From positions 7,936,001 through 8,000,000 of the forward strand of contig CATNEN010000039.1 in the NCBI GenBank assembly GCA_950097015.1: DNA of 64,000 nt. Reading direction: 5' to 3'. The notes under the pieces were generated by a model. The model saw only the letters and a program-made list of their open reading frames with translations. It was not told where the DNA came from and did no database searches. The stretch is from Macrostomum hystrix (Eukaryota > Animalia > Platyhelminthes). Made by a program: the position numbers and the translations under genes. Positions 12,901 through 26,690 of this stretch are shown one piece after another (position 1 is the stretch's first letter; every line of letters starts with the position of its first letter).

Positions 12901-13275
12901 GTCTGAAAGGAGAGATCAACTGAAACCGACATTATGAAATATAATTACGAGTAATTAGTGCGTTTGTAACTTTTCCTGTTTTACTGTTTTCTCCCTCTCG
13001 TCTGTCCTGTGCGTCGCATTGGTTTACGTAAACAAATCCTTTTTGCACGCTCTGAAACTGAAATTCTTGGCCCGGACTAAAAAATTATTGAAATGGATGC
13101 AAAAAGTGGAGGATTTTGCCATAGACATCCTGAGTTTAGGATCTGTGGCTCAGACGGCTATTCTTGGTTTGCTGTTCGGGACTTAAAATGAACAAAATGT
13201 TTCCCGTATCTACACTTCGACTTTATCAAGCCCTTAACTTTTAACAAGCCTTGGTCGAGCGTTTTAAGGGTCCAG

Positions 13276-16200
13276 TCAGGCGATAGGAGTCAGCAGGGCG
13301 TCCATGCCTGCTGCCAGTTCGGGATTCTGGCCGAAGTGGGTCCGGAAGTCCTCCCAGCTGATGACGCCATCGCCGTCGGTGTCCAGCCGCCGGAAGGCCT
13401 GAATGGTGTGCCGTTCAATGTCGTTCGGCGTGACGGCGGGTCGAACCCTGGCGCCCAGCAGCTCGAAGACTGCGCCAACCAGTTCTTGAAGCTCTCGACG
13501 GTTGATCTCACCGTCCCGGTTGATGTCGTACATGTCGAAGATCCAACGGAGCCGCTCCTCGCTGCTGCCCTTCAGCAGGACATTCAGGCACAGAGCAAAC
13601 TGCTCGAAGCTCACGGAGCCGGTTCTGTTGACGTCGAAACAGCAGAAGACGAAGTGGGAGAACAGATGCGCATTGCCCAGCGGAAATATTTGTGCCAGGA
13701 TGTGCTCAAGGACCTCCTCGTGCATGACACCTGCGGGCAGTGCGTTTGATTGATTGGGCCAGCTCATTGATAATCAGAGCATTTATTTCTTTCAGTCATT
13801 TTTCTGCCTACCTCTGGAACCTATGTACTTTTGCCCGGCCCCCCATATCAGACTAGAAAAGAATGAGCCAAGCCGACTGAGGAGAAACAGGGAACGCAGA
13901 AGCAGTATCTGGGGCTGCTTGGCAGGGGGGTCAACATTTCCCTGCTGGACTGTGGCCCAAAGCCCAACACAGACGGGAATGTTAATTGAGAGATGCAACT
14001 GGGAGAAAAGAGACAAGTCCTTCAGAGTGTGACGCCTCTCACTCACTCTCGTCTCCCAACGACCTGAGGAGGTGGGTGGAAGACAGGAGTCAGAGCTGCT
14101 ATAGCAGGAAGCAGCACTTGCGACGCGTGCGTGGGATTTGGAACCATAAAAATAGAGACCATTGAAGAGCTTCTCCTCCGTAGCCTTTGCTTCCTAAGCG
14201 GATGACAGCAATTTTTTTACCCGACTTTTCCTATAGATCGATCCAAAACTATTCTCTGCTATTGACTGGCGCTTTTATCATCGGAGGGTTTGACATCTTG
14301 AAGAATGTGCCCTGCGTTTGAGCTCAACTAATTGGCTTGTGGCGACTGCAGCCTTATCGACCTCCGCTTTCTCTTGCCTAGTTCCGACAATTTACAGCTA
14401 GTGCTTGCCTAAAGTCTGCGTAGGATTGCACAGTCTTGATGTACATTCAGGAGTGACAGTGTGGAAAGCGTCTTGATGTACATTCAGGAGTGGCAGGGTG
14501 GAAAGCGTCTTGATGTACATTCAGGAGTGACAGTGTGGAAAGCGTCTTGATGTACATTCAGGAGTGACAGGGTGGAAAGCGTCTTGATGTACATTCAGGA
14601 GTGACAGGGTGGAAAGCGTCTTGATGTACATTCAGGAGTGACAGGGTGGAAAGCGTCTTGATGTACATTCAGGAGTGGCAGAATGGAAAGCGTGGAGTGG
14701 AAGAAAGGATTGTACAGTCTTGATGTACATTCAGGAGTGACAGGTAGGAAAGCGTGGAGTGGAAGTAGGCTTGTGGGGCCCCAAATTATTTTGAAGATTA
14801 TTGAGCTCGACGTACAAAAAAGCAAAATTAGGGAATAAAAGAATCAATTTGCTAACAGGTACTTCTATGCTCATGCCAGAATTCATTTATAGCAATCTTT
14901 CTAGTCTCGCATATCTGTTGGCTTTTGCTAGCTTTTTGCCACTGCCAGCCTTGAGTGAGGGCTCGCCAGCCCGTTCTCTCTCTAGAGCGCGCAGTTTTCC
15001 GCTTCGCGAGGCCGCGGAGAGCCAGGAAGGCATAAACACTGATGGCAGTGAATAATGGATAGACCTGGGCATTGAGAACATCCCCGAGCAGCTCAATGGC
15101 AGGTTGGGATCTGCCGCGGCATCTCTGAGCGCGCATAGCAGATTTCCAAAATAGAATATTTCAGCTGTTGGTGGGGGATCAATAAATTAGAGGACCGCCC
15201 AGCAGCCAGTGGGGATAAGTGGGCCAGGAGAATAGAATGCAATTTTGTCTCCTCATTCCGCCAGCCATAAATGAGCAGTTATGGCTGGGCCGCCTCACCA
15301 GATTAGAGGCCCATTCCATCAGCAAACACGGGCCTTGCTTTTTATTGTTGCTGGGCTAAATGCTCGTAAAGGAAGGTTGCGATTAAACATGACTCAATCT
15401 GCATCAAAATGTCCCAAGCTCTCATTCAGGCACTCTCACAGCTCTCATTCAGGCACTCTCACTGCTCTCATTCAGGCACTCTCACTGCTCTCATTCAGGC
15501 ACTGTCACTGCTCTCATTCAGGCACTCTCACAGCTCTCATTCAGGCACTCTCACAGCTCTCATTCAGGCACTCTCACTGCTCTCATTCAGGCACTGTCAC
15601 TGCTCTCATTCAGGCACTGTCACTGCTCTCATTCAGGCACTCTCACAGCTCTCATTCAGGCACTCTCACAGCTCTCATTCTGGCACTCTCACAGCTCTCA
15701 TTCAGGCACTCTCACTGCTCTCATTCAGGCACTCTCACAGCTCTCATTCAGGCACTCTCACAGCTCTCATTCAGGCACTCTCACTGCTCTCATTCAGGCA
15801 CTCTCACAGCTATCATTCAGGCCCTCTCACTGCTCTCATTCAGGCACTCTCACTACTCTCATTCAGGCACTCTCACAGCTATCATTCAGGCCCTCTCACT
15901 GCTCTCATTCAGCTCATATCTCATTAGCGCACCTACCGTAGGGACACTCGGACTTGAATGGCCGATAAATGGCCTTGAGCTCCACGCTGTTAAATCTTGT
16001 CCTCCGCAGCAGCGACTCCAGGCTGACTGGCTGCGGCCTCTTCATCAGCACGATGCTCGCGAGGTCGGCCTGACTGCCGCCAACGCCGCCAGCTGCTGAA
16101 TTGTTTGACGTCGTCGCAGCGGCAGCGGCCGCAGCCGCGGCAGCCGTCTGCGGGCTGAGCACGGCCATGGATTTGCGGCGCACCTGCCCAATCAGGCTAC

Positions 16201-16309
16201 CTGGCGCCGCTGTGAATCGTCTGATGAAGCGTTGAAAGTGCGACTGGGTCCCGGCAGCGGGCAGCGAGATGGCCCCTGAGCGCTGCTGCCTTCGCTGCTG
16301 GCCGAGCAT
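13276..16309 (-). CDS. KCNIP: Kv channel-interacting protein (KChIP)-like neuronal calcium sensor
   Basis: Exons 16309-15937 and 13730-13276 (phase 1, G|GTAGGT...CCGCAG|GT). Joined: PVSLESLLRRTRFNSVELKAIYRPFKSECPYG-VMHEEVLEHILAQIFPLG; EF-hands DVNRTGSVSFEQF, DINRDGEINRREL, DTDGDGVISWEDF; LRWIFDMYD. An in-frame acceptor precedes 16318, so the 5' end may extend. Confidence 0.9.
14432..14750. repeat. 37-bp intronic minisatellite (GTCTTGATGTACATTCAGGAGTGACAGGGTGGAAAGC)n
   Basis: Tandem period of 37 within the KChIP intron. Confidence 0.93.
15417..15912. repeat. 23-bp intronic minisatellite (CTCTCATTCAGGCACTCTCACAG)n
   Basis: Tandem period of 23 starting about 25 nt inside the KChIP donor. Confidence 0.95.
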
Positions 16310-16324
16310 GTCCAGGTACTGTTA

Positions 16325-16600
16325 TAATTACCTGATCCTGTTCTAATTACCTGATCTTTTTCTAATTACCTGATCCTGTTCTAATTACCTGATCCTGTTC
16401 TAATTACCTGATCCTGTTCTAACTACCTGATCCTGTTCTAACTACCTGATCCTGTTCTAATTACCTGATCCTGTTCTAATTACCTGATCCTGTTCTAATT
16501 ACCTGATCCTGTTCTAATTACCTGATCCTGTTCTAATTACCTGATCCTGTTCTAACTACCTAATCCTGTTCTAAATACTTAATCTGTTCTAATTTCTGTT
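16325..16600. repeat. 19-bp minisatellite (CTAATTACCTGATCCTGTT)n
   Basis: Tandem period of 19 abutting the acceptor upstream of the KChIP first coding exon. Confidence 0.94.
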
Positions 16601-17224
16601 CTACTAAGCAATCCGGAATTAGATCTGGCCGGCTATCGATCTAAGCTGTTCAAAGTTTCGTTGCTCAACTCAGTTTACATTAGACTTTAACTAAAGCCTT
16701 TATATTTCCTAGCTTGGCAGGACCTTATTGTGCACTACCTTTCTCTCTCGCAGCTGCCTCTATGTCTGAAACTTCAGCAAGCAGAGCGTCAAAGAAAACA
16801 CGGCAGAGGAGTGAAGTCTTGGATTTCTACCCGACCGGGACAGGCCTCCCCCGGCTCCCCGGAGCGGCTCTGATCCACTGCTAATTTGAGTGCGGAACAG
16901 CCAATCAGAGCGCTGGAGGGGGCAGTGAGCTATTTTTAGAACACGCGGCAACCACCTCGCAACCTGCGTTAGAAAGCTTTTTCCCGCTATTCCAGCCAAC
17001 CCCAGTTTATTCATGCATTGCGCTTATGGGTCCAATTTTGAAAAGCTGAAAAATTTGGCACGCACACACACAACACGCAAGTACTTAAGTTTCAGCCACC
17101 GTACTGCAACAGGTGCTGGCGCAGTTTCGTGCTCAAACACGTATAATCTAATCCAGAACTTGAGTAATGTGAGAAAGTCAGATCGGAGTCCCCAGAAGAA
17201 CCTGTGAAGATTGGAAGAACCAAT

Positions 17225-19375
17225 GGGATGTGAGCAAGACGATTCAAGGAATTATTAGGGATGTGAGCATGACGATTCCAGGAACTATTAGGGATGTGAG
17301 CATGACGATTCCAGTAACTATTGGGGATGTGAGCATGACGATTCCAGGAATTATTGGGGATGTGAGCATGACGATTCCAGGAACTATTGGGGATGTGAGC
17401 ATGACGATTCCAGGAACCATTGGGGATGTGAGCATGACGATTCCAGGAATTATTGGGGATGTGAGCATGACGATTCCAGGAACTATTGTGGATGTGAGCA
17501 TGACGATTCCAGGAACTATTGGGGATGTGAGCATGACGATTCCAGGAACCATTGGGGATGTGAGCATGACGATTCCAGGAATTATTGGGGATGTGAGCAT
17601 GACGATTCCAGGAACTATTGGGGATGTGAGCATGACGATTCCAGGAATTATTGGGGATGTGAGCATGACGATTCCAGGAATTATTGGGGATGTGAGCATG
17701 ACGATTCCAGGAACTATTGGGGATCTGAGCATGACGATTCCAGGAATTATTGGGGATGTGAGCATGACGATTCCAGGAATTATTGGGGATGTGAGCATGA
17801 CGATTCCAGGAACTATTGGGGATCTGAGCATGACGATTCCAGGAATTATTGGGGATGTGAGCATGACGATTCCAGGAACTATTGGGGATCTGAGCATGAC
17901 GATTCGAGGAATTATTGGGGATGTGAGCATGACGATTCCAGGAACTATTGGGGATCTGAGCATGACGATTCCAGGAACTATTGGGGATCTGAGCATGACG
18001 ATTCCAGGAATTATTGGGGATGTGAGCATGACGATTCCAGGAACTATTGGGGATGTGAGCATGACGATTCCAGGAATTATTGGGGATGTGAGCATGACGA
18101 TTCCAGGAACTATTGGGGATGTGAGCATGACGATTCCAGGAATTATTGGGGATGTGAGCATGACGATTCCAGGAATTATTGGGGATGTGAGCATGACGAT
18201 TCCAGGAATTATTGGGGATGTGAGCATGACGATTCCAGGAACTATTGGGGATGTGAGCATGACGATTCCAGGAATTATTGGGGATGTGAGCATGACGATT
18301 CCAGGAACTATTAGGGATGTGAGCATGACGATTCCAGGAATTATTGGGGATGTGAGCATGACGATTCCAGGAACTATTGGGGATCTGAGCATGACGATTC
18401 CAGGAATTATTGGGGATGTGAGCATGACGATTCCAGGAATTATTGGGGATGTGAGCATGACGATTCCAGGAACTATTAGGGATGTGAGCATGACGATTCC
18501 AGGAATTATTGGGGATGTGAGCATGACGATTCCAGGAACTATTGGGGATGTGAGCATGACGATTCCAGGAATTATTGGGGATGTGAGCATGACGATTCCA
18601 GGAACTATTAGGGATGTGAGCATGACGATTCCAGGAATTATTGGGGATCTGTGCATGACGATTCCAGGAACTATTGGGGATGTGAGCATGACGATTTCAG
18701 GAATTATTGGGGATCTGAGCATGACGATTCCAGGAACTATTGGGGATGTAAGCATGACGATTCCAGGAATTATTGGGGATGTGAGCATGACGATTCCAGG
18801 AATTATTGGGGATGTGAGCATGACGATTCCAGGAATTATTGGGGATGTGAGCATGACGATTCCAGGAACTATTGGGGATCTGAGCATGACGATTCCAGGA
18901 ACTATTGGGGATGTGAGCATGACGATTCCAGGAATTATTGGGGATGTGAGCATGACGATTCCAGGAACTATTGGGGATGTGAGCATGACGATTCCAGGAA
19001 TTATTGGGGATGTGAGCATGACGATTCCAGGAACTATTAGGGATGTGAGCATGACGATTCCAGGAATTATTGGGGATGTGAGCACGACGATTCCAGGAAC
19101 TATTGGGGATGTGAGCATGACGATTTCAGGAATTATTGGGGATCTGAGCATGACGATTCCAGGAACTATTGGGGATGTAAGCATGACGATTCCAGGAATT
19201 ATTGGGGATGTGAGCATGACGATTCCAGGAATTATTGGGGATGTGAGCATGACGATTCCAGGAATTATTGGGGATGTGAGCATGACGATTCCAGGAATTA
19301 TTGGGGATCTGTGCATGATGATTCCAGGAACTATTGGGGATGTGAGCATGACGATTCCAGGAACTATGGGGATGC
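17225..19375. repeat. 33-bp minisatellite (GGGGATGTGAGCATGACGATTCCAGGAATTATT)n
   Basis: About 65 near-identical units; creates the spurious 764-aa and 717-aa ORFs. Confidence 0.97.
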
Positions 19376-20554
19376 AAGATAACAATTCAAGGATCAATTT
19401 GACGTGGGGTGGCGATTCTGTACTCTCTATGGAGATGTTGACAATACCCCTGGTGCTAGTGTTACGAGTTTATAGTACAGTTATTGGCTGTGGGTTGGTC
19501 GCTAAAAACTGTGCTTTTTTATAATCACTACTGGATAGTAGTATTATTGAACATATAAAATAAATGTAACTCAACCTGATGGCTTCCCTCTTAAGTACGA
19601 ATTAGTTAAGCTAATTGGTCCCCCAAATATCGGGTGGACGAGCTAGTCACTGTATACTTAACAATGCTCATAATTTATTAATTGCAGCAGACTTTTATGG
19701 TCCTGCAGACAGCACACTCTCACACTGATAAGGACTGTCGTCAGCTGTGTGTATTAGTTATGAAAATGCACACGCTTGACAGCATTGTCAAAATAACAAT
19801 GGAACTGTTTTAATATAGGGCTCGTTTTAAGCAGAATGTGTCAGTTAAAGTTTTTCGTTTCAGAAATTGTCCAAATTCGACAAGCAAAACTTTATTTCTT
19901 AATAATTAAATTAATTTCTAGAGCGAATGCGGTTGCTAAGTCAAGAGTTGTTCAGGATGAGGCGATATTTGGATTTGGAGATGATGAAAGCTAAGAATGT
20001 TATTGTGAAAAATTAAAATCATATCAATATGGTAATAAAAAGTTATGAATAAAAATATAAGTCAATCATCTGTTACAAATTAGTAATAGAACTTTTAAAA
20101 ATGCGCAAAAAGCTGCAATGTACAATTTCTTTAAGGGTCGTTCCACTTGATTAAACTTAATTTAAACAATTCTACAAGTAAATAATATTTAATATGAATA
20201 ACAAAAAGAAAAACAAAAAAACAGAATAGTAGCAAAGCAATATAATTAGCACAACGTACAATGTCTTATACTGTCTGGATTAATGTGATCTATTAACAAC
20301 AGCTGCAAATGGTTAAAGTGTTTACATTAAATTAAAACAAATACTTAAAAAAGTGTTTTTTTGCAATTTAAAACCCAATCGAAAATCTGGATCATAAAGA
20401 AACTATTTGAAATATGGTAGCATTGATGAATGAAAAATATAATATTTTGTTAAACTTGATAAAAATTAGTATCTGACTGGTAGGGTCAACAAATTCTGAA
20501 GTTGATGTTCCAAAAACTAAATCAAGAGAAGTCTCAGATCAGCTCTGCACAATG

Positions 20555-20598
20555 CTACACAATCACTATGCAGGTGTCCCACACTACGCAGGTTTTCG

Positions 20599-20629
<31 letters not shown>

Positions 20630-23600
20630 AATCTGCGATGGTGTTGAAGAGGATGCAGAGAGAGTCGGCGACGGCGGTGATGACGGCGACGGCTGCAGAG
20701 ATTTCCGCGCCAAGGCCAAGGAGCGTCTCCGATTCATGGTGGCTGCGGCAGCCGTGGCTGCGGCCTCCGCCTGCGATCCGGAGCAGCTCAGCTGCAGCGC
20801 CGCGATGTTCGGCGGCGTCACGGTCGAGTTTTTCGGCGTTCGCAGGATGAAGTGCGCAGGCGGCGGAGACGGCCGGCACAGCAGCGCCTTCTTTGTTTCC
20901 TGTCGGTTTAGAGAATTAGCGATTAGTTCACATGCAAAGGGATATTGTAACATGGGTGATATCGAATGTATCAAAGTGTAATACATTTACTATCTGTATG
21001 TGGTACAGGTATCGGTATGTGGTACAGGTATTGGTATGTGGTACAGGTATCAGTATGTGGTACAGGTATTGGTATGTGGTACAGGTATCAGTATGTGGTA
21101 CAGGTATCGGTATGTGGTACAGGTATCGGTATGTGGTACAGGTATCGGTATGTGGTACAGGTATTGGCATGTGGTACAGGTATCGGTATGTGGTACAGGT
21201 ATTGGTATGTGGTACAGGTATTGGTATGTGGTACAGGTATTGGTATGTGGTACAGGTATCGGTATGTGGTACAGGTATCGGTATGTGGTACAGGTATCGG
21301 TATGTGGTACAGGTATTGGTATGTGATACAGGTATTGGTATGTGGTACAGGTATCGGTATGTGGTACAAGTATCGGTATGTGGTACAGGTATCGGTATGT
21401 GGTACAGGTATTGGTATGTGGTACAGGTATTGGTATGTGGTACAGGTATCGGTATGTGGTACAGGTATTGGTATGTGGTACAGGTATTGGTATGTGGTAC
21501 AGGTATCGGTATGTGGTACAGGTATCTAGGTATCTGGGTTGGTGTCGTGATGCAGTTCAGGTTCTAGAATCGATATCGATCGATTCTACAAACCTGACGA
21601 AAAGTCGAGCTCGCAGCTGCATACACAAAGAAGTTCAGCAGAGAGTCCAGCACGGTCAGGATGTTGACAATGAAGATTGAGTTGTGGCCAAGCAGGTCCA
21701 GCTTAGGCAGCAGGTAGTGCGACAGCGTGCTGAGAAAAGTGGGCGACTCGAGCAGGCAGAAGATGAGCACCAGGGCCAACACCAGCACTGAAGTTCGGTA
21801 CTGCTGGGCAGCGTAGGAGCTCGACTGGCTGGTTGACAGCCGCTCAATTGGCTGGAGCTGCTGACTGCGCAGCGATTGGGACCTGGAACTGATGTGGCCA
21901 CTGACTGGTTTTGCTCACAATGGATCACAGCATTCGAATGAGAGATTATAATGAATGTGCTTGTAAGAAACATTTACCGAATCGACGGCTGCTGCTGCTC
22001 TTGCTGCTGCTGCTGTGGCTGCTGCTGCTCGGAGGGGCGCCGCCTCATCAGAAGTCGCAGATCGGCCCGCGAGCCTGGCAACTGGAAGTTGGAACTGCGC
22101 GACAGCTGCAGGATCCGCGTGACCTGACGGGCGCGGCGCAGCTTCACCAGCATCAGTACAGTCGGAAACGGGATGATGAGGGGCGGCAGCAGGGACTGGA
22201 AGGTGTAGAAGGCGATAGACGGCAGACCGGGTGCACCGATGGACTCTGCGGCTGGGCCGAGCGGAAACTGCTGCTGCTGCTGCTGCTGCTGGCTGACGTT
22301 TCCACTGTAGTTAGATTCCAACGTTGTCATTAGCGACATCATCGATGGCGAGGTTGGCGGGGACGGTGAAGTCAGCAGCGACAGCGGCTGGTGCAGCTGG
22401 GCGCCACTCAGCAATGGCCGCATCACCACCGAGCCCATCTCGGGGTCGCGTATGTTCTCGCACACGACGCCAATGTACTCCAGCCTGGCCAGGCAACCAA
22501 GAAACAGTCCGGCGACAACAATGAGGCCCAGTAGGAATTTTAGACGGCGCATTGTGAAGACCAGCTGCTGCCCGCGCGACGGAATGGGGTACCAGACCAG
22601 CTCGCAGCGGGACAGGCTCAGCACCACCATGTTCCAGTTGCGCACAGCCGAGGCTGCATTGATGCACACCTGTGTGAGTTTGGGATAACTATAGCTATGT
22701 CGTGACTGACCAACTTTTAACAGTAGAACGACCACGGGGGTATTTTAGATACTCACATTCTTATTTTTGCTGCAGTACTGCCAAAATATTAAATTAGACG
22801 CCATGAAAATCCAGAACATGAGGTAAAATTTACCGCTCTATCTGATAAAACGACTTCAACAATCCCAAAACATCGGCATCGTCAAGCTATTCAACGATTC
22901 TCGTCGCGGTGTCTGGGGGCAAAAGCCCCCAAAAAGGGCCTAATTTTTCTGCTCATAAAATTTCTTCGTGTAACCATGTTGGCTATTGTTGTTAGTTATA
23001 TTGTTGATTATTATTATTACAGAACCAATATGTATTCGCAATCCAGATCTTAGATGTCCTTGTCACAAGGATCTTCGACAAAAATCGCTGAATATATCGA
23101 CGTCAAACGTTTTTGAAAGTCAGTTCATCGTGGACTTTCACGAAAATCGGTCATTCGGTTTGGGAGCTATCGTGGAGTTGGCAGTGGGTATTTGAAATTT
23201 TGTGTGTGTGTTTGAATTCAGTGGAATAGAAAAACGTTTATATAGGGGGCTGTGGTCACTGACGCTCTATTGTGGCGACCTGCAGCCAGCGTCAAGGCAA
23301 CTCTGCTAATTCTGCCGACTCCTGAGCACACAGGTGTGCCTAGAAGTAACTTAGGCCTTCAGAGAATGAAATTTCACGAGAGTCCCCAAAGCCTTCCTCG
23401 CCATGCATTCGAATTCAGGGGCATTAGTGGTATAGTCGGACGCGCTATTGATTACGCTTATTCCGTAGTCAGTGATAATGCCACTCACCTGCAACAGAGA
23501 AGTGAGCGCATAGCTGGCTGGGCTGTGGTTGTGCTTGACTCCGCTGAACACCAGAACGGCCTCCAGCAGGATGGCAGACTGCAGCAGCACCTCCCAGACG

Positions 23601-23818
23601 GAGACGCTGACCAGCACTAGGCGAATTGCCCGATTGTCCCATCGCTGCCGCAGGAACACGAACAGGCTGAGCGCATTGGCGCACAGGGCCAGCAGGCTGA
23701 TTGGGCAGATGCAGGCGAGCATGTGGCGCTCCAGGTCCTGGTAGTCGTCATCGTGCAGCAGCCGGGTCAGGTTGAACTCGCCTGGTCGGCAGTGATTGTC
23801 GCGGATGAAAAAGAACAT
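20555..23818 (-). CDS. Rhodopsin-class peptide-receptor-like GPCR (FMRFamide-receptor-like / invertebrate orphan group)
   Basis: Exons 23818-23489, 22669-21978, 21882-21594, 20899-20555, GT-AG and phase-compatible. Seven hydrophobic segments; TM1 LCANALSLFVF, TM3 RNWNMVVLSLSRCELVWYP, TM6 VLIFCLLESP, TM7 LDSLLNFFVY followed by SSTFRQ. Confidence 0.85.
20995..21526. repeat. 19-bp intronic minisatellite (GGTATGTGGTACAGGTATC/T)n
   Basis: Fills the last GPCR intron. Confidence 0.95.
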
Positions 23819-24073
23819 GCCTGTGGCGCACTTGATCCTGACTGTTCCGCACCGATTGCGGGTTCTTGGCCTCCCTCCCGCTGCTACCGTGGGTGTCTAG
23901 ATTAAAGACGCTCGCGCTGTCAAGAGCTGATTGGCTGGAGCTGACTGTGGCCAATCAGATTTCATGGCTTCGGTATGGCCATCGATTTTATCCTCCACAC
24001 TCGACTGAAATTCCGAACATACTGGAATTTCCCTCAAGCACTTCCAAAAAAGGAATGTCTTTAAATATGTATG

Positions 24074-24612
24074 GAGTGCCATTCAGAATAGAGAGTGCCA
24101 TTCTAGACAGAGAGAGTGCCATTCTGTACAGAGAGAGTGCCATTCTGTACAGAGAAAGTGCCATTCTGAAAAAAAGAGAGTGCCATTCTCTATAGAGAGA
24201 GTGCCATTCTGAACAGAGAGAGTGCCATTCTCTACAGAGAGAGTGCCATTCTGAACAGAGAGAGTGCCATTCTCTACAGAGAGAGTGCCATTCTGAACAA
24301 GAGAGAGTGCCATTCTGAACAAAAGAGTGTCATTCTGAACAGAGAGAGTGCATTTCTGAACAAGAGAGAGTGCCATTATGAACAAGAGAGAGTGCCATTC
24401 TGAACAAAAGAGTGTCATTCTGAACAGAGAGAGTGCATTTCTGAACAAGAGAGAGTGCCATTATGAACAAGAGAGAGTGCCATTCTGAACAAGAGAGTGC
24501 CATTCTGAACAAGAGAGTGCCATTCTGAACAAGAGAGTGCCATTATGAACAGAGAGAGTGCCATTCTGAACAAGATGAGTGCCATTATGAACAGAGAGAG
24601 TGCCATTCTGAA
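24074..24612. repeat. About 21-bp minisatellite (AGAGAGTGCCATTCTGAACAG)n
   Basis: Tandem units with a variable GA run, just upstream of the GPCR start. Confidence 0.93.
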
Positions 24613-25052
24613 CTCTCAGGAAATTGCGCATGAACTCATTAACTAATGAACTCATGAAGTCAGTCCCTTAATTGCGAACTCACTGATCCCCTCACATTTC
24701 GCCGTTAGATATCGTTGACAGGAAAAGTGCTAAGGACTCAAAATGAAATAATGGTCTTGTTAGGTAAATAATAGATTGCATAACAAATGAGTCGCCCCTA
24801 ATGTACCTGTGTGAGAGATTATACAAGCCCTACTTGAGTAGTTGGCAAACACTGCTCTGCTCAAAGCCTGCCAGGTCTTGCACTTTGAGGCCGTTGTGTT
24901 TAATCATAATCAGGACTAGCGAGAAAAGTGAGCGATTCGCTGCCCGACCGCTTGAAGGAGCTCTAAGCGGCCTGAAGAAAGTGATTTTATGTCCGTTCTG
25001 CGTGTATGCTAATCACCCTTGGCAATAGTTTAGCTTGCTGACAGGCGCTCAC

Positions 25053-26095
25053 TGAGTGAGTGAGTGAGTGAGTGAGTGAGTGAGTGAGTGAGTGAGTGAG
25101 TGAGTGAGTGAGTGAGTGAGTGAGTGGGTGAGTGAGTGAGTGAGTGAGTGAGTGAGTGAGTGAGTGGGTGAGTGAGTGAGTGAGTGAGTGAGTGAGTGAG
25201 TGAGTGAGTGAGTGAGTGAGTGAGTGAGTGAGTGAGTGAGTGAGTGAGTGAGTGAGTGAGTGAGTGAGTGAGTGAGTGAGTGAGTGAGTGGGTGAGTGAG
25301 TGAGTGAGTGAGTGAGTGAGTGAGTGAGTGGGTGAGTGAGTGAGTGAGTGAGTGAGTGAGTGAGTGAGTGAGTGAGTGAGTGAGTGAGTGGGTGAGTGAG
25401 TGAGTGAGTGAGTGGGTGAGTGAGTGAGTGAGTGAGTGAGTGAGTGGGTGAGTGAGTGAGTGAGTGAGTGGGTGAGTGAGTGAGTGAGTGAGTGAGTGAG
25501 TGAGTGAGTGAGTGAGTGAGTGAGTGAGTGAGTGAGTGAGTGAGTGAGTGAGTGAGTGAGTGAGTGAGTGAGTGAGTGAGTGAGTGAGTGAGTGAGTGAG
25601 TGAGTGAGTGAGTGAGTGAGTGAGTGAGTGAGTGAGTGAGTGAGTGAGTGGGTGAGTGAGTGAGTGAGTGAGTGAGTGAGTGAGTGAGTGGGTGAGTGAG
25701 TGAGTGAGTGAGTGAGTGAGTGAGTGAGTGAGTGAGTGAGTGAGTGAGTGAGTGAGTGAGTGAGTGAGTGAGTGAGTGAGTGAGTGAGTGAGTGAGTGAG
25801 TGAGTGAGTGAGTGAGTGGGTGAGTGAGTGAGTGAGTGAGTGAGTGAGTGAGTGAGTGGGTGAGTGAGTGAGTGAGTGAGTGAGTGAGTGAGTGAGTGAG
25901 TGAGTGAGTGAGTGAGTGGGTGAGTGAGTGAGTGAGTGAGTGGGTGAGTGAGTGAGTGAGTGAGTGAGTGAGTGAGTGAGTGAGTGAGTGAGTGAGTGAG
26001 TGAGTGAGTGAGTGAGTGAGTGAGTGAGTGAGTGAGTGAGTGAGTGAGTGAGTGAGTGAGTGAGTGAGTGGTGAGTGAGTGAGTGAGTTAGTGAG
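25053..26095. repeat. (GAGT)n microsatellite, about 1 kb
   Basis: Pure tetranucleotide run with occasional GGGT variants. Confidence 0.98.
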
Positions 26096-26690
26096 TGATT
26101 TACGTCAGTGGCTCGTGTTGGCCCGTGTTATTAGGCAGCTTTTGTATTATCGATGACAGTTATCTAAACCCTGACAGGAAAACTGACTGGCAACAAGAAA
26201 CAGCTCGAACAGCACGATCTGGAGCAGCTAGTTTTATCCTCGAACTGGTCTCCCGTCAAATTTCGCGCAATCAAACCGACGGTCGGTGGAGCGCCAAAAT
26301 TGAAATTCGAGGCCTCATTGGCAGCGAAATAAACACCATTCGTTCGAGGGCAACACTTCCGATAAGAGAAGTCGCATATTAGGAGATTGCTGCTGCCCAG
26401 TCTTGTGTGCTTTAGCCGATAAATTGTTAATAAGGCCTGGAGTGTGTGTTGTTGCATTGTGCGTTAGAAGGGCAGGAGGATTGGGGCCGGTAGGAAGCAG
26501 ATAACGTCAAGGGGAGCAAACATGCCCTAGCAGGAGATGGCAGTGCCGCGAGGTGTGATTTCCAATTTAGGGACCCATTGGGATGCCCGTGTGCTACTTG
26601 AAGAGTGAGGAAGAATTGAAAAGTGTTCTCAACGCTTCAATAGGTTAACCATCCTAAAGGACTGCTTTCAACTGACGATACGAAATTTTT

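Noticed and set aside
15281-16099. 272-aa plus-strand ORF
   Set aside because: Made of the 23-bp intronic repeat plus the antisense of KChIP exon 1.
17230-19524. 764-aa and antisense 717-aa ORFs
   Set aside because: Product of a stop-free 33-bp unit open on both strands; no unique domain, splice context or codon-position bias.
22860-23200. MITE/Helitron-like text in GPCR intron 1 (GGGGGCAAAAGCCCCC hairpin; AAATCGGTCATTCGGTTTGGGAGCTAT)
   Set aside because: Suggestive of a non-autonomous element, but no second copy, termini or target-site duplication could be defined in this window.
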